From: Antedon mediterranea
Taxonomy: Eukaryota > Animalia > Echinodermata
Assembly: GCF_964355755.1 (NCBI RefSeq)
Contig: NC_092672.1
Span: forward strand, 12,958,001-13,022,000
Reading direction: 5' to 3'
Length of the DNA: 64,000 nt
Below the pieces are notes generated by a model, which saw only the letters and a program-made list of their open reading frames with translations, was not told where the DNA came from and searched no databases. Below are positions 61,201 to 64,000 of this stretch, piece by piece. A program made the position numbers and the translations under genes. Each line of letters opens with the position of its first letter. Position 1 is the stretch's first letter.

Positions 61201-63677
61201 CCTGGACCTAATGTTCAAATACACGGTAAGAATCAAACACATACAGTATTACGATATGTATCCGTACTCAATCTTCAATTATCGTTAAATATAATATTAC
61301 AACTGTTTTATCACAAGAGTTATGTTTTAGATTAGGCCCCTAATTCGGGGTGAGGTAGGCTTTCCAAAATTAAGTTATATTATTTGTAATCATGTACCAC
61401 CTGAATTATTAAGTTAGCAATTGTTTTCACTCGGTCAAACAGCATTTTATCGATTCTCTACAGTATCATGTTCGTGTAGTTAATCTTACCCTCAGTCGCA
61501 ACGTCCTCTATATCTACCCCTTGCATGTGTGCCATGTAGCCTAGGAAAGAGAACACCACAAATCCAGATACAAAACTCGTAAAACAATTAACAGCACTCG
61601 TCAGCAATGCATCTCTGAAAATGGTAAAAAAGATAATAATTATAATATGTTTATAGTAGCATTTGAATTGGCTCTACGTTCAAACAAAGTGAATGTTTCT
61701 CCTTTTCTACTTCATTTTTAATTGTTGAATTGACCTGTTTTGTGCAAACAATGTAAAATGACATACACACGTACGGGAATGAGTCTATGTAAAATACATT
61801 AGATTAGTGGAATATTTACTTACCCATAACAGTTGTTTTTAGGGGGATTGTAACTTGCCAGAGCTAGCAAAACCCCAAACCCAGGGCCAAGTGAGAAGAA
61901 TACCTGTGAAGCAGCATCCACCCACACCTATGAAAAAAAGAAACAAAAAGATTCGTAAAGCCAACTATCTGGTGGTCCTTTTTTGCATTTGCCATAATAA
62001 CTGTGTAAATATTACCATCATTTAAATTTCAATACTATTTTAGTTATTCCTAAATACAGAACAAATTTGGTTGCAGTTAATTAATAAAATTAACAATTAA
62101 TAATGATATTATTCGTTATTGATATTATGTATACAAACTAATAATTATTACATGCAGTTAAATATGCCTTGGTACTTACCCCAGCATTTAGTAGAGAGTC
62201 CCATCGTGGCCGTAGGTAATACTCAAGTCCATTGGAAGCTCCATCAAGAGTCACACCTCGTATCAGTAATACAATAAGCGAAACGTACGGAAAAGTTGCT
62301 GTTACCCAAACAACCTGTATTACAATAAAATTAAGCCTTACGGAAAGTGATAATAATGTATAATATAAACACAATAATACAAAAATCCTGGCGTAAAATT
62401 GAATCTATAACTTTAATAAAGAGTAAATCAAAATTCGAAAGTCACCAATGGAAAATGTAACTTTTCCGATTAAAAGTTTTCTACGATGATTATAAACTAA
62501 ATAATATGCAGTACAACGATTATGTTGATTAAAAACATACCTTTCCAGAGCCTTTAATACCTTTCCAAAGACAAAAATATACGATAACAAACACTAAGAG
62601 AAGGCATAACGCCAGATCCCACTTTACTCCACTAAGTTCACCAATGCCACTCGAATGATGTGCCCCCAAGACTTTGCGACTAAATCAAAAGCAACAAATA
62701 AAATGTTAATAAAGTGTTCGTTCAATCAAACTGTTGCCGAGTGAAAATGTCTAATTGAAAAACATTATATTCAGAAGTAAATTCTAGTTTGACCTACTTC
62801 AAAATGTCTCTTTAAATCCCAATGTCATATTTCCGGACAAAGTTAATTTCTCTAAATCATTCGCAAAATAACACAAAAATACAAATAAGAATGTTTACTT
62901 ACACGAAATATTCCTCTGAAGGGGAAATGAAATTTCTGTCCGATCTATTTGTCATTAGAGGATCTGCACAATTGTTAGTATTCCATGAATTACCACAGCT
63001 CGTCCATGGTAGATTGATTGTTAATGAATTGAACAAGTAATAAAATGACCAAGCTATCACTGTGTTGTAGTAGAATGATACGTACAGATTTATGACGCAG
63101 ATGGAATAGCCGATTCCTAAAACAAGTAATAATGTTTCTAAGTGTGTGCATAATGTACGTTTGCGTATATCTGGTAGCATATGTGGATGTCATGCTATAT
63201 TTATTTTATAATTAAAACATGTTGGTACGACAATGATTTCGTTCTTGTAACAATCCGGCATTGATACTTTATACATAGGATTAATAAAATAATATATGCA
63301 TGGCAATACTTTGAACTTTATAGGTGTAACAATAATTCTGAGAATCTTAAAGGAGATGTTAAAGCAACACGCACGTGTTTTTGCATAAATAATGTGTTTT
63401 TTTATAAGCTACTGTTTAGAACAGAGTGACATAATTCACCCAACACAATCTACTCACTGAATTGATTATCATTACTCGTCAGTGAATAATGTGCTGGATA
63501 ATGAGTAACTATTCAATAATTTACCTCGCTAATAAACTTTACCTTTAAGAAGTGGACATATTCTTTTCCATATGGTGATCGATCCAGTTCGTTGGAATTG
63601 GCCAAGCGCTAATTCCAAATAGAAAAGAGGTACTCCAGCTAAACACGCCATTGTGATATACGGAATCAGAAAAGCAC
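55279..63677 (-). CDS. SLC6 sodium-dependent monoamine transporter (noradrenaline/dopamine/serotonin clade), 3' 11 coding exons; the 5' end lies beyond the window
   Basis: Exons 63677-63543, 63116-62903, 62679-62541, 62314-62180, 61927-61824, 61614-61490, 61207-61095, 60293-60162, 58031-57831, 57116-56946, 55359-55279; in phase. Motifs [101 protein letters not shown]. Confidence 0.95.
55446..56218 (+). repeat. Diverged tandem duplication (2 x about 386 bp) in the last SLC6 intron
   Basis: AGTCATAATGTTAAT starts at 55446 and 55832; colinear similarity through to AAATATAGT. Confidence 0.85.
59934..60077. mobile_element. Short PIF/Harbinger-like MITE
   Basis: Imperfect TIRs with core CTACACTATCAAAC / GTTTGATAGTATAG; TAA on both flanks. 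Confidence 0.65.
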
Positions 63678-64000
63678 CTTGAATTGAAAATGTAATCAAT
63701 GTATATTTAAAGTAAAGAAATCAACTAGTTAATTTCAGAATCTTTTGGCAGTTATCAACATTTCAAATTTGCTAAGAAATGCTTAGGTAAAAACTAAAGA
63801 TTGTGACATACCTGATTTACAAAAAATACATACAAAGAATATATGTGTGATAGCAATAAATAACATGTTTTGATTATATTCAATAGACATTTTTTATTTA
63901 ACTGTATGGAGAAATAAATCAAAAACTAACGGCTGAATTATGAATTTAGAAGTGCAATTTTTTCTTTTATTCAATAACAGAAAAAGGAAACTGTACAGAA

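Overview
AT-rich, intron-containing animal genomic DNA, probably a marine invertebrate (a deuterostome such as an echinoderm is my inference, not shown by the sequence). Bases 1 to about 31 kb contain no host gene. They are a dense patchwork of decayed DNA-transposon coding fragments (KDZ/CxC3, piggyBac, THAP/Kolobok, Sola2, P/THAP9) and cargo-type domains (Myb/SANT, HECT, BEN, Ulp1, possibly PHD). Every recognised DNA-transposon and cargo piece lies on the + strand. The zone also holds one apparently intact Sola2 transposon (5489-9720; about 510-bp TIRs, CATG TSD, 873-codon ORF) and two minus-strand retroelement pieces (CR1 RT; Gypsy LTR-PBS-gag). From 31 to 35 kb there are two non-autonomous hAT elements with 6-bp and 5-bp TSDs. 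From 37 to 64 kb there are two minus-strand host genes: a complete 7-exon PIGL, whose 10-kb first intron is a nest of MITEs, and the last 11 coding exons of an SLC6 monoamine transporter. The leading hypothesis is that the strand-biased fragment archive is a flamenco-like uni-strand piRNA cluster downstream of PIGL, built partly by DNA-level templated capture. All family assignments come from motif recognition by eye; no database searches were run.
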